Shown here in pieces: positions 44,182-52,878 of a stretch of DNA of 64,000 nt. This stretch comes from an uncultured Lentisphaerota bacterium. GTDB taxonomy: Bacteria > Verrucomicrobiota > Lentisphaeria > Oligosphaerales > CAITYL01. A program made the position numbers and the translations under genes. Location: positions 852 through 64,851 of the forward strand of contig CAITYL010000021.1 in assembly GCA_903896595.1 (NCBI GenBank), written 5' to 3'. A model generated the notes under the pieces. That model searched no databases, was not told the DNA's origin, and was given only the letters and a program-made list of their open reading frames with translations. Within the stretch, counting starts at the first letter, position 1. The number at the start of each line of letters is the position of its first letter.

Positions 44182-45597
44182 ATGCGCCTGTTAGACCGTG
44201 AACCTGAATTGGCACGGCTCAACGCCCTGTGCCGGCGGCCGGAAGGCGGTTTGGCGGTGCTGTGGGGCCGGCGCCGGATCGGCAAATCACGGTTGCTGGC
44301 GGAATGGGTGGCGGCGCACGACGGCATCCACTTTGTCGCCGATCAGTCAACCGCCACCATGCAGATCCGTTACTTTGCCCATGCGTGCAGCCGTAAATTT
44401 CCCGGGTTTGACGAGGTTGACTATCCCGACTGGATCATCGTTCTTCGCCGCCTCGCCGAGGCGGCGCAACGCGCTGGCTGGCGCGGTCCGTTGGTCTTTG
44501 ACGAGTTACCCTATCTGGCCGCGGCGTATCCCCCCATCGGCAGCATTTTGCAGCGCTGGATCGACACCGACGCGCGCCAGGCCGGGCTGGTGACCGCGGT
44601 GTGCGGTTCAAGCCAGCGCATGATGCAGGGACTGGTGCTCGACGCCAACGCGCCATTATTAGGCCGCGCGGCCGAAAGCTTTACCCTCAGAGAGCTGCCG
44701 GCAGCTTGGTTGCTCAAGGCGTTTCCCACGGTTGACGCAGTGGAAGCCTGCAAGCTTCATGCCCTTTTAGGCGGTATCCCGTACTACTGGGAACTCGGGG
44801 CGGCCAGCGGTCTGAGCCAGGCCGATGACCTGGCCGACCGTCTCGTGATCGACCCGCAGGGACCGCTCCATACCGAACCCCAGCGTTTATTGCGCGAAGA
44901 GTCGCCCCCGGCCATTGCGGTTCAGCCGATCTTGGAAGCCATTGGCTTGGGGGCGCACCGGCTCTCCGAAATTGCAGGAAAAATCGGCCAACCCGCCACC
45001 GCTTTGGGGCATCCGCTAAAACGGCTGCTGGAAATGGGGCTCATCGCCAAGGATATCCCCTTTGGCGAAACCGAAAAAAACTCCAAACGTTCCTTGTATG
45101 CCATACAGGATCCCTTGTGCCGTCTCTGGTTTACGGTCATCGCCCCCAACCGCGGCGCTCTGCTCCAGATGCCCCAACCGGCACGCCGGAAACTGTGGAG
45201 TCACGCCGCTCCGTCGCTGTATGCCCAAAACTGGGAGGCTCTCTGTCGTCAGGCGGTGCCCCGCCTGGCCGCGCTGGCCATTCCCCAATTCCCGGATATG
45301 GAATGGGGAGTGGCGTCCCGTTGGTGGCAGGGCAATGCGCCGGAATGGGACATTGTCGCCCAATCACTTGATGGCCGGAGTATTTTGCTCGGCGAGGCGA
45401 AATGGAGCACCACCGGGACGTCACAGGTCAAAAAAGCCATTGCCGCTTTGCAAACCCGCCCGTTGCCACCGCTTCCCGGCATTCATGAGAAAATCGTCAA
45501 ACGGGCAGTGTTTGTGCCCAAAAGCCACGGAAACCATCACGCGCCAGAGGGCATGGCCATCATTGATGCCGACGACATCATGAAATGCTTAATCTGA
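44182..45597 (+). CDS. AAA-type ATPase (archaeal-ATPase-like) with C-terminal DUF234 / PD-(D/E)xK-like domain
   Basis: MRLLDREPELARLN...LAVLWGRRRIGKSRLL (Walker A), LVFDELPYL (Walker B). The C-terminal EWDIVAQSLDGRSILLGEAKWS is nuclease-fold-like. GGAGGGAG lies upstream of ATG 44182. Confidence 0.8.
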   Translation: MRLLDREPELARLNALCRRPEGGLAVLWGRRRIGKSRLLAEWVAAHDGIHFVADQSTATMQIRYFAHACSRKFPGFDEVDYPDWIIVLRRLAEAAQRAGWRGPLVFDELPYLAAAYPPIGSILQRWIDTDARQAGLVTAVCGSSQRMMQGLVLDANAPLLGRAAESFTLRELPAAWLLKAFPTVDAVEACKLHALLGGIPYYWELGAASGLSQADDLADRLVIDPQGPLHTEPQRLLREESPPAIAVQPILEAIGLGAHRLSEIAGKIGQPATALGHPLKRLLEMGLIAKDIPFGETEKNSKRSLYAIQDPLCRLWFTVIAPNRGALLQMPQPARRKLWSHAAPSLYAQNWEALCRQAVPRLAALAIPQFPDMEWGVASRWWQGNAPEWDIVAQSLDGRSILLGEAKWSTTGTSQVKKAIAALQTRPLPPLPGIHEKIVKRAVFVPKSHGNHHAPEGMAIIDADDIMKCLI

Positions 45598-45617
45598 CAG
45601 GAATTTTGATTTCAGGC

Positions 45618-46367
45618 TCAGGAACGAAGTTTCCGCAAATGCTCCGGCATCGACTCATATAGGGCGCGCACTAGGCGATCCATTTCGGTTGACGGATTGG
45701 CGGGTAACGGAGTCGCGGCGCCGTGATGGTGTTGGCGCACTCTTGCGGCGTGTTCCACGGCCGTGGGCCACTTGGAGAAAAAGGAGCCGATGGCTTCCCT
45801 TGCCGTTTCTTTGGTGGTTGAATAGTCTCTGCCCAAAACCTTTTTGAGAGCCGCTTTTGCAGCATCCCCATTGTGCAGGTCGCTACGCGTGGTGTATGCC
45901 AAATGAAGCAACAGCCAGAATTCGAAGCATGGCGACGAGTGCGCCAATTTTACCTTCTTGGCAGTGGCCGATTGCTGGACGTTATTCCAGATGCCTTCCC
46001 GCACTGCCACGTCGGTGTCTATCACGGCCCAAACATGGTCAAACATTGATGGTTCATCGATGCCAAGCCGACCTTTTCTGGCTTTGTATGCTTGCGCTGT
46101 AGCTTCGCGTGCGGCAGTTGCGATTACATGTCGCGGATGTGACGCATCCCCTGGTATAACTTTTATCCACACAGTGGACAATTGAAGATCTTGCAGCAGC
46201 AAATCAAAATAGACCGGCTCGGTGACTGTTCCTTCAGTTACAATCAGGAACGTGTCACCAAGTTTTGCCAACGCAGAGCCCACCGCTTTGGCGCGCGCCT
46301 TGCGTTCCAAACTTGCCGCTTTCGGCGCTTGCCACCAGTTGGGATCGTATGAAGCGGCCTCACTCAT
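45618..46367 (-). CDS. RloB-like protein (AbiLii-like partner of the upstream ATPase)
   Basis: DTFLIVTEGTVTEPVYFDLL...FDHVWAVIDTD...VKLAHSSPCFEFWLLLHL is the RloB-domain pattern (TEG..E...D.D...NPCFE.W). Start ATG 46367 overlaps the ATPase stop by 8 nt. Confidence 0.75.
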   Translation of the reverse strand: MSEAASYDPNWWQAPKAASLERKARAKAVGSALAKLGDTFLIVTEGTVTEPVYFDLLLQDLQLSTVWIKVIPGDASHPRHVIATAAREATAQAYKARKGRLGIDEPSMFDHVWAVIDTDVAVREGIWNNVQQSATAKKVKLAHSSPCFEFWLLLHLAYTTRSDLHNGDAAKAALKKVLGRDYSTTKETAREAIGSFFSKWPTAVEHAARVRQHHHGAATPLPANPSTEMDRLVRALYESMPEHLRKLRS

Positions 46368-47721
46368 CACGGCCAGCCTTTTCGGACGATGCGGCCGTTT
46401 CTCTGGTTGGGAAAGAGCCAAGCAAACCATCCGGCACAAACGGCACTGCGCCGTAGCGGCCGGAGAGGTAACCACGCACCAGCGACTCCCCCTTCCGTGG
46501 CTGATAATCCGTCAGGGGATAGAGATGGCCTGCGCCTTCGGTGTCTTTGTCGGTGAACCAAATTTGGTCACGGCGCAACAACGTTGGATCCAGCAATAGC
46601 GGATTGTGCGTGGTAAAAATAATCTGCGCGCCTTTGGGATTCTCCGTGTTACTAAAAATCAGCCGCAGCAATTCCCGCACCATGAGCGGGTGCATGCTGG
46701 CTTCCAGTTCGTCTATGCAGATGGTATGGCCGTTGCTCAAGATGTCCAGCCACGGCCCCGCCAACCCAAAGAAGCGATGCGTTCCAGCGGATTCATTTTT
46801 CCACGGCAACGGTAGATCAGCTTCGTTGCTACCACGATGTATCAATTCTGGTTCAAACTGGCGATTATGGAGGATTTTCTCCCGCAACTCCGGCGAAAAA
46901 GGAAGGACGGTTGTGATTTTTTCAAGTGTATCCAGTTCCTTCTGTGTGCGGTATTTTTCAACAGCGCGCACTCCCGTTACCCCCAAATCGGCATGGCGTA
47001 ACATCCTTAAAATCTGGTCGTGCAATGGCGACTTTTTTTGAATTTGCTCAAGGGTAATCTCTGCCCCTAATTGGCCTCGCGGACTCAAGTCGAGGAATAA
47101 CAACTGCTCTTTAAACCACCGGAAAACAGGCTCCAGTTCGGATCGCCCTTCTGCAATGGCTTTCGACAAAAAGAGCACATTGCTCAATGTGCGTCTTTCA
47201 TCATCAGTGTTACGTCGAAAGCCACTGGGGCGTTCGGGCGACCACGCATAGTTCCCGGAATCGGAATTCCAATCCCGGCAGAACCACAGCTGTTCTTTCG
47301 CCTTGGGGAAGGCACGTAAAGACTCATGCCAAATCCGTTCCCGTGTCGCGGCTACGCGGTACTCAAACCGGATGCCATCGGCCACAAAGACCACCGCGAA
47401 TGCGGTTGGTACTTCCTCTTGACCGGAACACAGCACAAAAGGGTCAATTTGCTGAATTAGTTCTTTGGGATCGGTCGTCTTGGCCGATGTTCCCACCAGC
47501 TCAGCCAAAGCCTTTAATGCTTCAATCACCGTTGTCTTTCCGCTGGCATTGGCACCATAGAGCGCCACACCCTTGACCCAGCGCTTGCCGGTCAGCCCTG
47601 GCAGATCGTCCGTGGTAATGCAGTTGTCCGGTAGCGTCTTGTCGTGATTGCTCGCCGCCAGATTCAGTGTCTGCCGTTCACGGAAAGAACGAAAATTGGA
47701 AACTGAAAACTGAATAAGCAT
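46360..47721 (-). CDS. AAA_21 / ABC-like ATPase (AbiLi / RloA-like)
   Basis: MLIQFSVSNFRSFRE..., Walker A GANASGKTT, signature-like ESAGTHRFF, Walker B ICIDELEASMHP, H-loop FTTHNP. Markedly lower GC than the flanking genes. Confidence 0.8.
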   Translation of the reverse strand: MLIQFSVSNFRSFRERQTLNLAASNHDKTLPDNCITTDDLPGLTGKRWVKGVALYGANASGKTTVIEALKALAELVGTSAKTTDPKELIQQIDPFVLCSGQEEVPTAFAVVFVADGIRFEYRVAATRERIWHESLRAFPKAKEQLWFCRDWNSDSGNYAWSPERPSGFRRNTDDERRTLSNVLFLSKAIAEGRSELEPVFRWFKEQLLFLDLSPRGQLGAEITLEQIQKKSPLHDQILRMLRHADLGVTGVRAVEKYRTQKELDTLEKITTVLPFSPELREKILHNRQFEPELIHRGSNEADLPLPWKNESAGTHRFFGLAGPWLDILSNGHTICIDELEASMHPLMVRELLRLIFSNTENPKGAQIIFTTHNPLLLDPTLLRRDQIWFTDKDTEGAGHLYPLTDYQPRKGESLVRGYLSGRYGAVPFVPDGLLGSFPTRETAASSEKAGRDE

Positions 47722-47758
47722 AGGAGTACTCTACATCAAAGAATCATTAACGACAACT

Positions 47759-47793
47759 AAAAAGCAAAAAATCCGCTTTTCTTTATGCGGATT
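47759..47793 (-). terminator. candidate Rho-independent terminator after priA
   Basis: Minus strand reads AATCCGC-ataaagaaaa-GCGGATT followed by TTTTGCTTTTT. The 7-bp stem shares bases with the neighbouring long hairpin repeat, so alternative pairings exist. Confidence 0.4.
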
Positions 47794-47861
47794 CCGCAGG
47801 CCGTCCCTGCTGTTCCAGTCGTGGGTTGCTGCACTGGAGCGGCCTGCGGAATCCGCAAAGG
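47786..47861. repeat. repeat family E, copy 2 (inverted)
   Basis: 18-bp perfect stem tgcggattccgcaggccg / cggcctgcggaatccgca enclosing ~40 nt. Confidence 0.85.
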
Positions 47862-47872
47862 CACAAACAGGC

Positions 47873-47922
47873 TTGACGGAGGGTTTGGGAACCGCCTTTC
47901 CTCAAAAAGAGGGTTCCCAACC
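47873..47922. repeat. repeat family I (GGGAACC ... GGTTCCC hairpin), left copy flanking priA
   Basis: ttgacggagggtttgggaaccgcctttcctcaaaaagagggttcccaacc is nearly identical to the reverse complement of 50935-50987. Confidence 0.85.
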
Positions 47923-47932
47923 AAACGGCCGA

Positions 47933-50164
47933 TTACAACAGCGACTGCGGGTCGATGTCGACGTGGATGTCCACGTCCTCGTGGCGGAAGGCGGTGGCGC
48001 CAGTGACCAGGGGGCGCAGGGTCTGGCCGAGGCGGAGAATGCTGCCGCCGCGGATCATCAACTGGTAGCGGTACTGGTTGCGCACCTTGGCGATGGGCGC
48101 CGGCATGGGGCCGAACAGCTCGACGCCCGGTTCGAGCAGGGGCTTGATCTTGTTGACAAACGCCTCGGCGGCGGCGCTGGCGACCATTTCCGAACTGGCG
48201 CGGAAATGCACGGCCGCCATGTGCGCCGCCGGCGGGAACTTGAGCACCTGGCGCGTGGGGAGTTCCTCGCGGTAAAAGGCGTCATAGTCCTGGCGCATGG
48301 CGAATTGGAGCACCGGGTGGAACGGGGTGTAGGTCTGGACGATGACGCGGCCAGGCAGGTCGCCGCGGCCGGCGCGGCCGGCCACCTGCACCAGCAGTTG
48401 AAAGGTGCGCTCGCCGGCGCGGAAGTCGGGCAGGTGCAGCCCCATGTCGGCGGCCATGATCCCGACCAGGGTGACTTTGGGGAAGTGCAACCCTTTGGCG
48501 ATCATCTGGGTGCCGATGAGGATCTGGATCTTGCCGGCGCGGAAGGCATTAAGGGTGTCGCGGTGGGCGTGCTTGGCGGTCATGCTGTCCGAATCCATGC
48601 GGGCGACCACCGCCTTGGGAAAGAGTTTGGCGGCGATGGTCTCGATCTTTTCGGTGCCGACCCCGGTATAGCGGATCTCGGGGTCGTGGCACTGGGGGCA
48701 GGCCTCGGGCGCCCGGATGGTGGCGCCGCACAGGTGGCAGGCCAGGTGCGCCGCCTGTTTGTGATAGGTGTACGCCGCGGAGCAATGCTCGCAAGTGGCG
48801 ACAAATCCGCATTTCTGGCAGATCATCTGGGTGGCAAAGCCGCGACGGTTGAGGAAAAGGATGGTCTGCTCACCGTTGTCGAGCCGTTCGCGGATGAGCT
48901 GCACCAGCCGGCGGGAAAAGAGCGGGGCGCCGCCTTTTTGGGAGGCCTCGGCGCGCTGGTCCACCAGTTCCATGGTCGGCATCAGCTGATTGTCCACGCG
49001 GATGGAGAGCCGGGCGAGTTCGTACTTGCCGAGCTGGCAGTTATAGAACGATTCCAGCGACGGCGTGGCGGTGCCGAGCACGACGGTGGCGCCCTCGAAC
49101 TTGCCGCGCACCACCGCCACGTCGCGGGCATTGTAGCGGGGGGCCTCGTCCTGTTTGTAGGTGGTCTCATGTTCCTCGTCGACCACGACCAGGCCAAGTT
49201 TCTGGAAGGGGGCGAACAGCGCGGAGCGGGCACCGACGGCGATCTGGGCGCGGCCATTGCGAATGCGGGTCCATTCATCGAAGCGTTCGCCATCGCTCAG
49301 ATGACTGTGGAGCACGCTGATGCGGTCGCCGAAGCGGCTGCGGAAGCGTTCCACGGTCTGGGGGGTGAGTGCGATTTCGGGCACCAAGACGATGGCCTCG
49401 CGCCCCTGCTCCAGGCAGCGGGAAATGGCCTGCAAGTACACCTCGGTCTTGCCGGAGCCGGTGACGCCGTGCAGCAGGATGACCCCCGGTCCGCGCCGGT
49501 CCAGCGCGGCGGTGATGCGGGCCAGGGCAACCGTCTGTTCCGGGGTCAGCTCCAGCGGCCGGGTCGGCAGCACGATATCGCCGGCACTGGGATCGCGGTC
49601 CACCACGCGGTGTTCGGTGAGCACGATGCCGGCCTTGACCAGGGTGTTCAGGATGGCCGGGGTGGCCTCGGCCTCGCGGGTAAGCCAACCGGCTTCGCAG
49701 ACGCCCCCGTGCCGGGCCAGCACCTGCAAGACGGCGGCGCGCTTTTTCGCCCGCGTTCCGCATTGCTCCAGTTCGGCGGCCACGTCCACACCGGGGCGCA
49801 ACCATGCGAAGAGGTGCTGGCGCGGCTTCATCTTGCCGTGGCGCACCACGGCGGGCAGCATGGCGCGCACGGCCTGTTCATGGGCGCAACAGTAATAATC
49901 GGCGATCCAGCGGGCCAGGACGATCAGGTTCTCCGGGATCTGCTCCTGCTCGCCCTCGATGCGCATCACTTCCTTGAGATCGGGCCAGGCGGATTTCTCC
50001 GCCACGCCCACCACATAGCCGATCCGGCTGGACTTGCCGAACGGCACCCAGACCCGGCAGCCGATCCGCAACTGGCCGCGCAACCGTTCCGGAATGCGGT
50101 AGTCGAACTCGCGGTCCAGCGCCAGATTAATCACCACTTTGGCTATGCTCGGCAAATCGGCCAT
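47933..50164 (-). CDS. priA: primosomal protein N' (replication restart helicase PriA)
   Basis: 743 aa. N-terminal 3'-DNA-binding domain (FDYRIPE...VWVPFG), helicase motif I HGVTGSGKTEVY, DEEH box, Cys-rich insertion CQKCG...CEHCS...CHLCG...CPQC. Confidence 0.95.
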   Translation of the reverse strand: MADLPSIAKVVINLALDREFDYRIPERLRGQLRIGCRVWVPFGKSSRIGYVVGVAEKSAWPDLKEVMRIEGEQEQIPENLIVLARWIADYYCCAHEQAVRAMLPAVVRHGKMKPRQHLFAWLRPGVDVAAELEQCGTRAKKRAAVLQVLARHGGVCEAGWLTREAEATPAILNTLVKAGIVLTEHRVVDRDPSAGDIVLPTRPLELTPEQTVALARITAALDRRGPGVILLHGVTGSGKTEVYLQAISRCLEQGREAIVLVPEIALTPQTVERFRSRFGDRISVLHSHLSDGERFDEWTRIRNGRAQIAVGARSALFAPFQKLGLVVVDEEHETTYKQDEAPRYNARDVAVVRGKFEGATVVLGTATPSLESFYNCQLGKYELARLSIRVDNQLMPTMELVDQRAEASQKGGAPLFSRRLVQLIRERLDNGEQTILFLNRRGFATQMICQKCGFVATCEHCSAAYTYHKQAAHLACHLCGATIRAPEACPQCHDPEIRYTGVGTEKIETIAAKLFPKAVVARMDSDSMTAKHAHRDTLNAFRAGKIQILIGTQMIAKGLHFPKVTLVGIMAADMGLHLPDFRAGERTFQLLVQVAGRAGRGDLPGRVIVQTYTPFHPVLQFAMRQDYDAFYREELPTRQVLKFPPAAHMAAVHFRASSEMVASAAAEAFVNKIKPLLEPGVELFGPMPAPIAKVRNQYRYQLMIRGGSILRLGQTLRPLVTGATAFRHEDVDIHVDIDPQSLL

Positions 50165-50596
50165 TCAGCGCCTACCTTCCGGCCACGGGTTCAAGAGTTC
50201 AACCCCGGTTTCTTGGACATCCGCGGTGTTGCGGGTGACCAGGATCAGGTGATGGACCCGGGCGGTGGCGGCCAGCAGGCTGTCCAGCACGGGCCGGGGC
50301 TGGCCGGCATTTTCAGCCGTCCCGGTGAGGCTTCCCCACTGCATCAGCGTGTCTTCGTTCAGCGGCAGGATGCGGCCGGCAAAACGTTGCCGTACCTCGA
50401 CGTCGAGCCAGGCCAGGAGCCGGCGCTGGTGCGCGCCGTTCTCCAGTTTGCAGATGCCTTTTTGCAGTTCACCGAGGGTGATGACGGAGAGGTACAGGCG
50501 GTCTTCTGGAATGCTTTCAATCCAGGCCGCCACCGCCGGGCACGGCCGGTTTTTGACCAGTTCCGAAATCACGCAGGTATCCAGCAGGTAGTTCAC
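50165..50596 (-). CDS. vapC: PIN-domain toxin VapC (FitB-type)
   Basis: 143 aa. LLDTCVISEL ... SVITLGELQ ... LILVTRNTADV carry the PIN acidic residues. The stop codon directly abuts the priA ATG. Confidence 0.85.
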   Translation of the reverse strand: MNYLLDTCVISELVKNRPCPAVAAWIESIPEDRLYLSVITLGELQKGICKLENGAHQRRLLAWLDVEVRQRFAGRILPLNEDTLMQWGSLTGTAENAGQPRPVLDSLLAATARVHHLILVTRNTADVQETGVELLNPWPEGRR

Positions 50597-50844
50597 AGAT
50601 CCACCTGGCGCCCGGGGTCACGGGACCGCGTGAGATCCAGCTTGACGCCGCGGAGTGGCGACCGGCGGAAGAACGCCGCCAGGCCGCCCCGGGGCTGGGT
50701 GACGCGGCGAAACTCCGCGGCGGCCACCACCACCACCGCGTCCTTGCCGTGGCGGGTGACCCATTGCGGCCCCGTCGTCAACGCCCGGTCCACCACCGCA
50801 CTGAAACGGTTCTTGGCATCCTGCAAAGCCCATGCTGGTTCCAT
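50593..50844 (-). CDS. vapB: Phd/YefM-type antitoxin (VapB)
   Basis: MEPAWALQDAKNRFSAVVDRALTTGPQWVTRHGKDAVVVVAAAEF is the Phd/YefM N-terminal fold. AAGGGAG lies 8 nt upstream of ATG 50844. 4-nt ATGA overlap with vapC. Confidence 0.8.
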   Translation of the reverse strand: MEPAWALQDAKNRFSAVVDRALTTGPQWVTRHGKDAVVVVAAAEFRRVTQPRGGLAAFFRRSPLRGVKLDLTRSRDPGRQVDL

Positions 50845-50863
50845 GATGCGCACTCCCTTTTCT

Positions 50864-50880
50864 AGCTAGCCTGTCTAGCT
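50864..50880. promoter_or_regulatory. candidate VapB operator (AGCTAG-N5-CTAGCT inverted repeat) in the vapBC-priA promoter region
   Basis: Perfect 6-bp inverted repeat 20-36 nt upstream of the vapB ATG, next to an ATATTAA -10-like box on the minus strand. Confidence 0.3.
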
Positions 50881-50934
50881 TTAATATGCCGGTGGAAGCC
50901 CCCCTTGTCAAGACGCGGCGGCTCGGCGGACACT

Positions 50935-50987
50935 CGGTTGGGAACCCCCTTTTGAGGAAAGGCGGTTCCCAAACCCTCCGTCAAACC
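50935..50987. repeat. repeat family I, right copy (inverted) flanking vapB
   Basis: cggttgggaaccccctttgaggaaaggcggttcccaaaccctccgtcaaacc. Confidence 0.85.
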
Positions 50988-51005
50988 TTTTTGCTGCCTT
51001 GACGC

Positions 51006-51081
51006 GGCGGGCGCTTCCACCACAAGTCTACTGGCAAATCATTGCCGTCGGGCGCGTGGGCTTGTGGTGGAAGCGCCCGCC
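51006..51081. repeat. 21-bp perfect inverted repeat with a 34-nt loop
   Basis: ggcgggcgcttccaccacaag (51006-51026) / cttgtggtggaagcgcccgcc (51061-51081). The loop contains a small GGCAA-atca-TTGCC hairpin. Confidence 0.9.
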
Positions 51082-51230
51082 GGTTTAGGAAACAAAAGTT
51101 TTAGGAAGGGGGGTGCAGAGTGAACATGTGAACGACCCGGCGGGGCCGGGACTGCGAAGCGCGGAGCGCGGGGGGAGCACCCTTTTCCAAAAGGGTGTCC
51201 CCAACCTGGCCTGCCGCCGGTGTTTGCGGA

Positions 51231-52343
51231 TCAAATGGCGCACATGGCGCGGGTGGCGGCCAGGTCGATTTCGCTTTCGCTGGCGGGGTTGGCCGGTGCG
51301 GCGGGGATGCGGGCAGCCAAGGCGACGGCCAGGTCCAGGGCCTGGCGGCAGTGGCGGATGAAGCGCATGCGGCAGGCGTCGGCGGCCTTGGGGTCGCCCT
51401 CGGTGCGCAGCATGTGGCAGTCGAACTCGACCACGCCTTTCCAGCCGATCTGGCGCAGCGCCCAGAACATTTGCACGGTTTCCTTGAGCCCTTCGGGGCC
51501 GATCAGCGGCGGGAAGTCGTTGTCGAACTGGGCCTTGATCTGGCTGCCGAAATGGAGGAATTTCAGCTTGTTCAGGCTGCACAGGTAGCCGACGCAATGC
51601 ACCGCGTTGAGCAGCGCCATGCTTTCGTGCTGCAACAGTTCCGGGTTGACGCCCCAGAAATCCGGCTGCTTCAGCTTGCCGCAGATGAAGCCGACGGCAT
51701 GCCCGGCGGTGGGCAGGTACATCTGGCCGCGCGGCTCGTTGGGCTTGGGCTCGATGCTGGCGCCGACGTAGTTGGTGAGCTTTTTCGCCTTGATGTAGGC
51801 GTACACATGGTCCAGCCCGTCGGCCAGCCAGGTGAAAACGTTCTTCCAGTCCACCGCCACCGGCACTTCAAAGCCGTCCCGGGCGACCCAGTAGGTGTAA
51901 TGGCTGGCGCCGAAGCGGGCGCCGATGCGCAGGGTGCGCTCGACCTTTTTCTTGGCTAGGGCGCGGATCTTCGGGTCGGGGTTGGTCAGGCCGCCGCGGC
52001 GGAACATGACGTCGCCGTGCAGGCTGCAGGTGGCGGTGTTGACCTTAAGCTTGGCCTTTTTCAGCACGGCCAGGATGGCGTCGAGCTTTTTCGAGACGGC
52101 GCTTTTCGGGTCCAGGTCGTCCTCGGAATGGGCGGGATCCCACGGCACAAGGTCATCGTCGTGGAAGCTGGTGGCGGAGATCAGGCCGTCCGCCGCCGCC
52201 TTGGCCAGCAGTTTGGCCACGTCCAGGGAATCGATGCCCGGCAGGACCTTGCCGCCGAACGGATCGCCGAGCGGATTGCCCACGCACCAGAACGGCATGG
52301 AGATCAGAGTGGCCGGAGACGCGGACTTGGATGCGGATGCCAT
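51231..52343 (-). CDS. divergent xylose-isomerase-family (class I XylA-like) sugar isomerase
   Basis: 370 aa. FWCVGNPLGDPFG, FHDDDLVPWD, IEPKPNEPRGQMYLPTAGHAVGFI, GVNPELLQHESMA, FDNDF and EFDCH parallel the conserved blocks of actinobacterial XylA as I remember them. Confidence 0.7.
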   Translation of the reverse strand: MASASKSASPATLISMPFWCVGNPLGDPFGGKVLPGIDSLDVAKLLAKAAADGLISATSFHDDDLVPWDPAHSEDDLDPKSAVSKKLDAILAVLKKAKLKVNTATCSLHGDVMFRRGGLTNPDPKIRALAKKKVERTLRIGARFGASHYTYWVARDGFEVPVAVDWKNVFTWLADGLDHVYAYIKAKKLTNYVGASIEPKPNEPRGQMYLPTAGHAVGFICGKLKQPDFWGVNPELLQHESMALLNAVHCVGYLCSLNKLKFLHFGSQIKAQFDNDFPPLIGPEGLKETVQMFWALRQIGWKGVVEFDCHMLRTEGDPKAADACRMRFIRHCRQALDLAVALAARIPAAPANPASESEIDLAATRAMCAI

Positions 52344-52728
52344 GGTTCACCTCACCTGCGGGGATCGTTGTCGGCCAACGGTGCATTGGGCAACCGCCAA
52401 CCCAAACCTGTCGAAAGGTGAAAACTTAGCCGTTGCCAGGAGCTCCGCCAACTGGCCGCCATTTTTTGGGTATATGACACCCTTTTCCAAAAGGGCGGCC
52501 AAAATTCGCCAATTCGCGGCTCGTCTTGCGGTCCCCCCAGCAATGACCGCTTATTCAGCCCCGAATTTTTCCCTCAATGGGGGCTGCCGACGGATGTATG
52601 TTATGGATCCGTTTCAGGGTAACGTCTAACCGTGATACGTGAAGGACGCAAAGATCGCAAAGGCTGGATTGGCGGTTGGGGGATACGTCTTTTGAACTCT
52701 CTCGCCAGACGGTCACGATTTTTATTTT

Positions 52729-52822
52729 CCCGCAGAGGCGCGAAGGCGCAGAGAAACCACCAAGTCAAAATAGTGCCATGATGCCTGACCTGTTTTTCTC
52801 CGCGCCTCCGCGCCTCTGCGGG
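52729..52822. repeat. 28-bp inverted repeat of GCAGAGGCG/CGAAGGCG periodic words
   Basis: cccgcagaggcgcgaaggcgcagagaaa (52729-52756) versus tttctccgcgcctccgcgcctctgcggg (52795-52822). 26 of 28 positions are complementary. Confidence 0.85.
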
Positions 52823-52878
52823 AGATGACTCGTATTTGTTTTGGTTCCAGCTTACCGGGTTTAGGAAAAAATCAAGCC

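Noticed and set aside
47873-50869. 998-aa ORF on the plus strand
   Set aside because: It is antisense to priA, vapC and vapB, all of which have clear family motifs. The composition is low-complexity and Gly/Ala/Arg/Asp-rich.
47873-50987. Composite transposon carrying priA-vapBC (flanking inverted repeats)
   Set aside because: There is no transposase or target-site duplication. The cargo includes an essential housekeeping gene, and the flanks are hairpin repeats of the kind found throughout the window. It is kept only as an observation.
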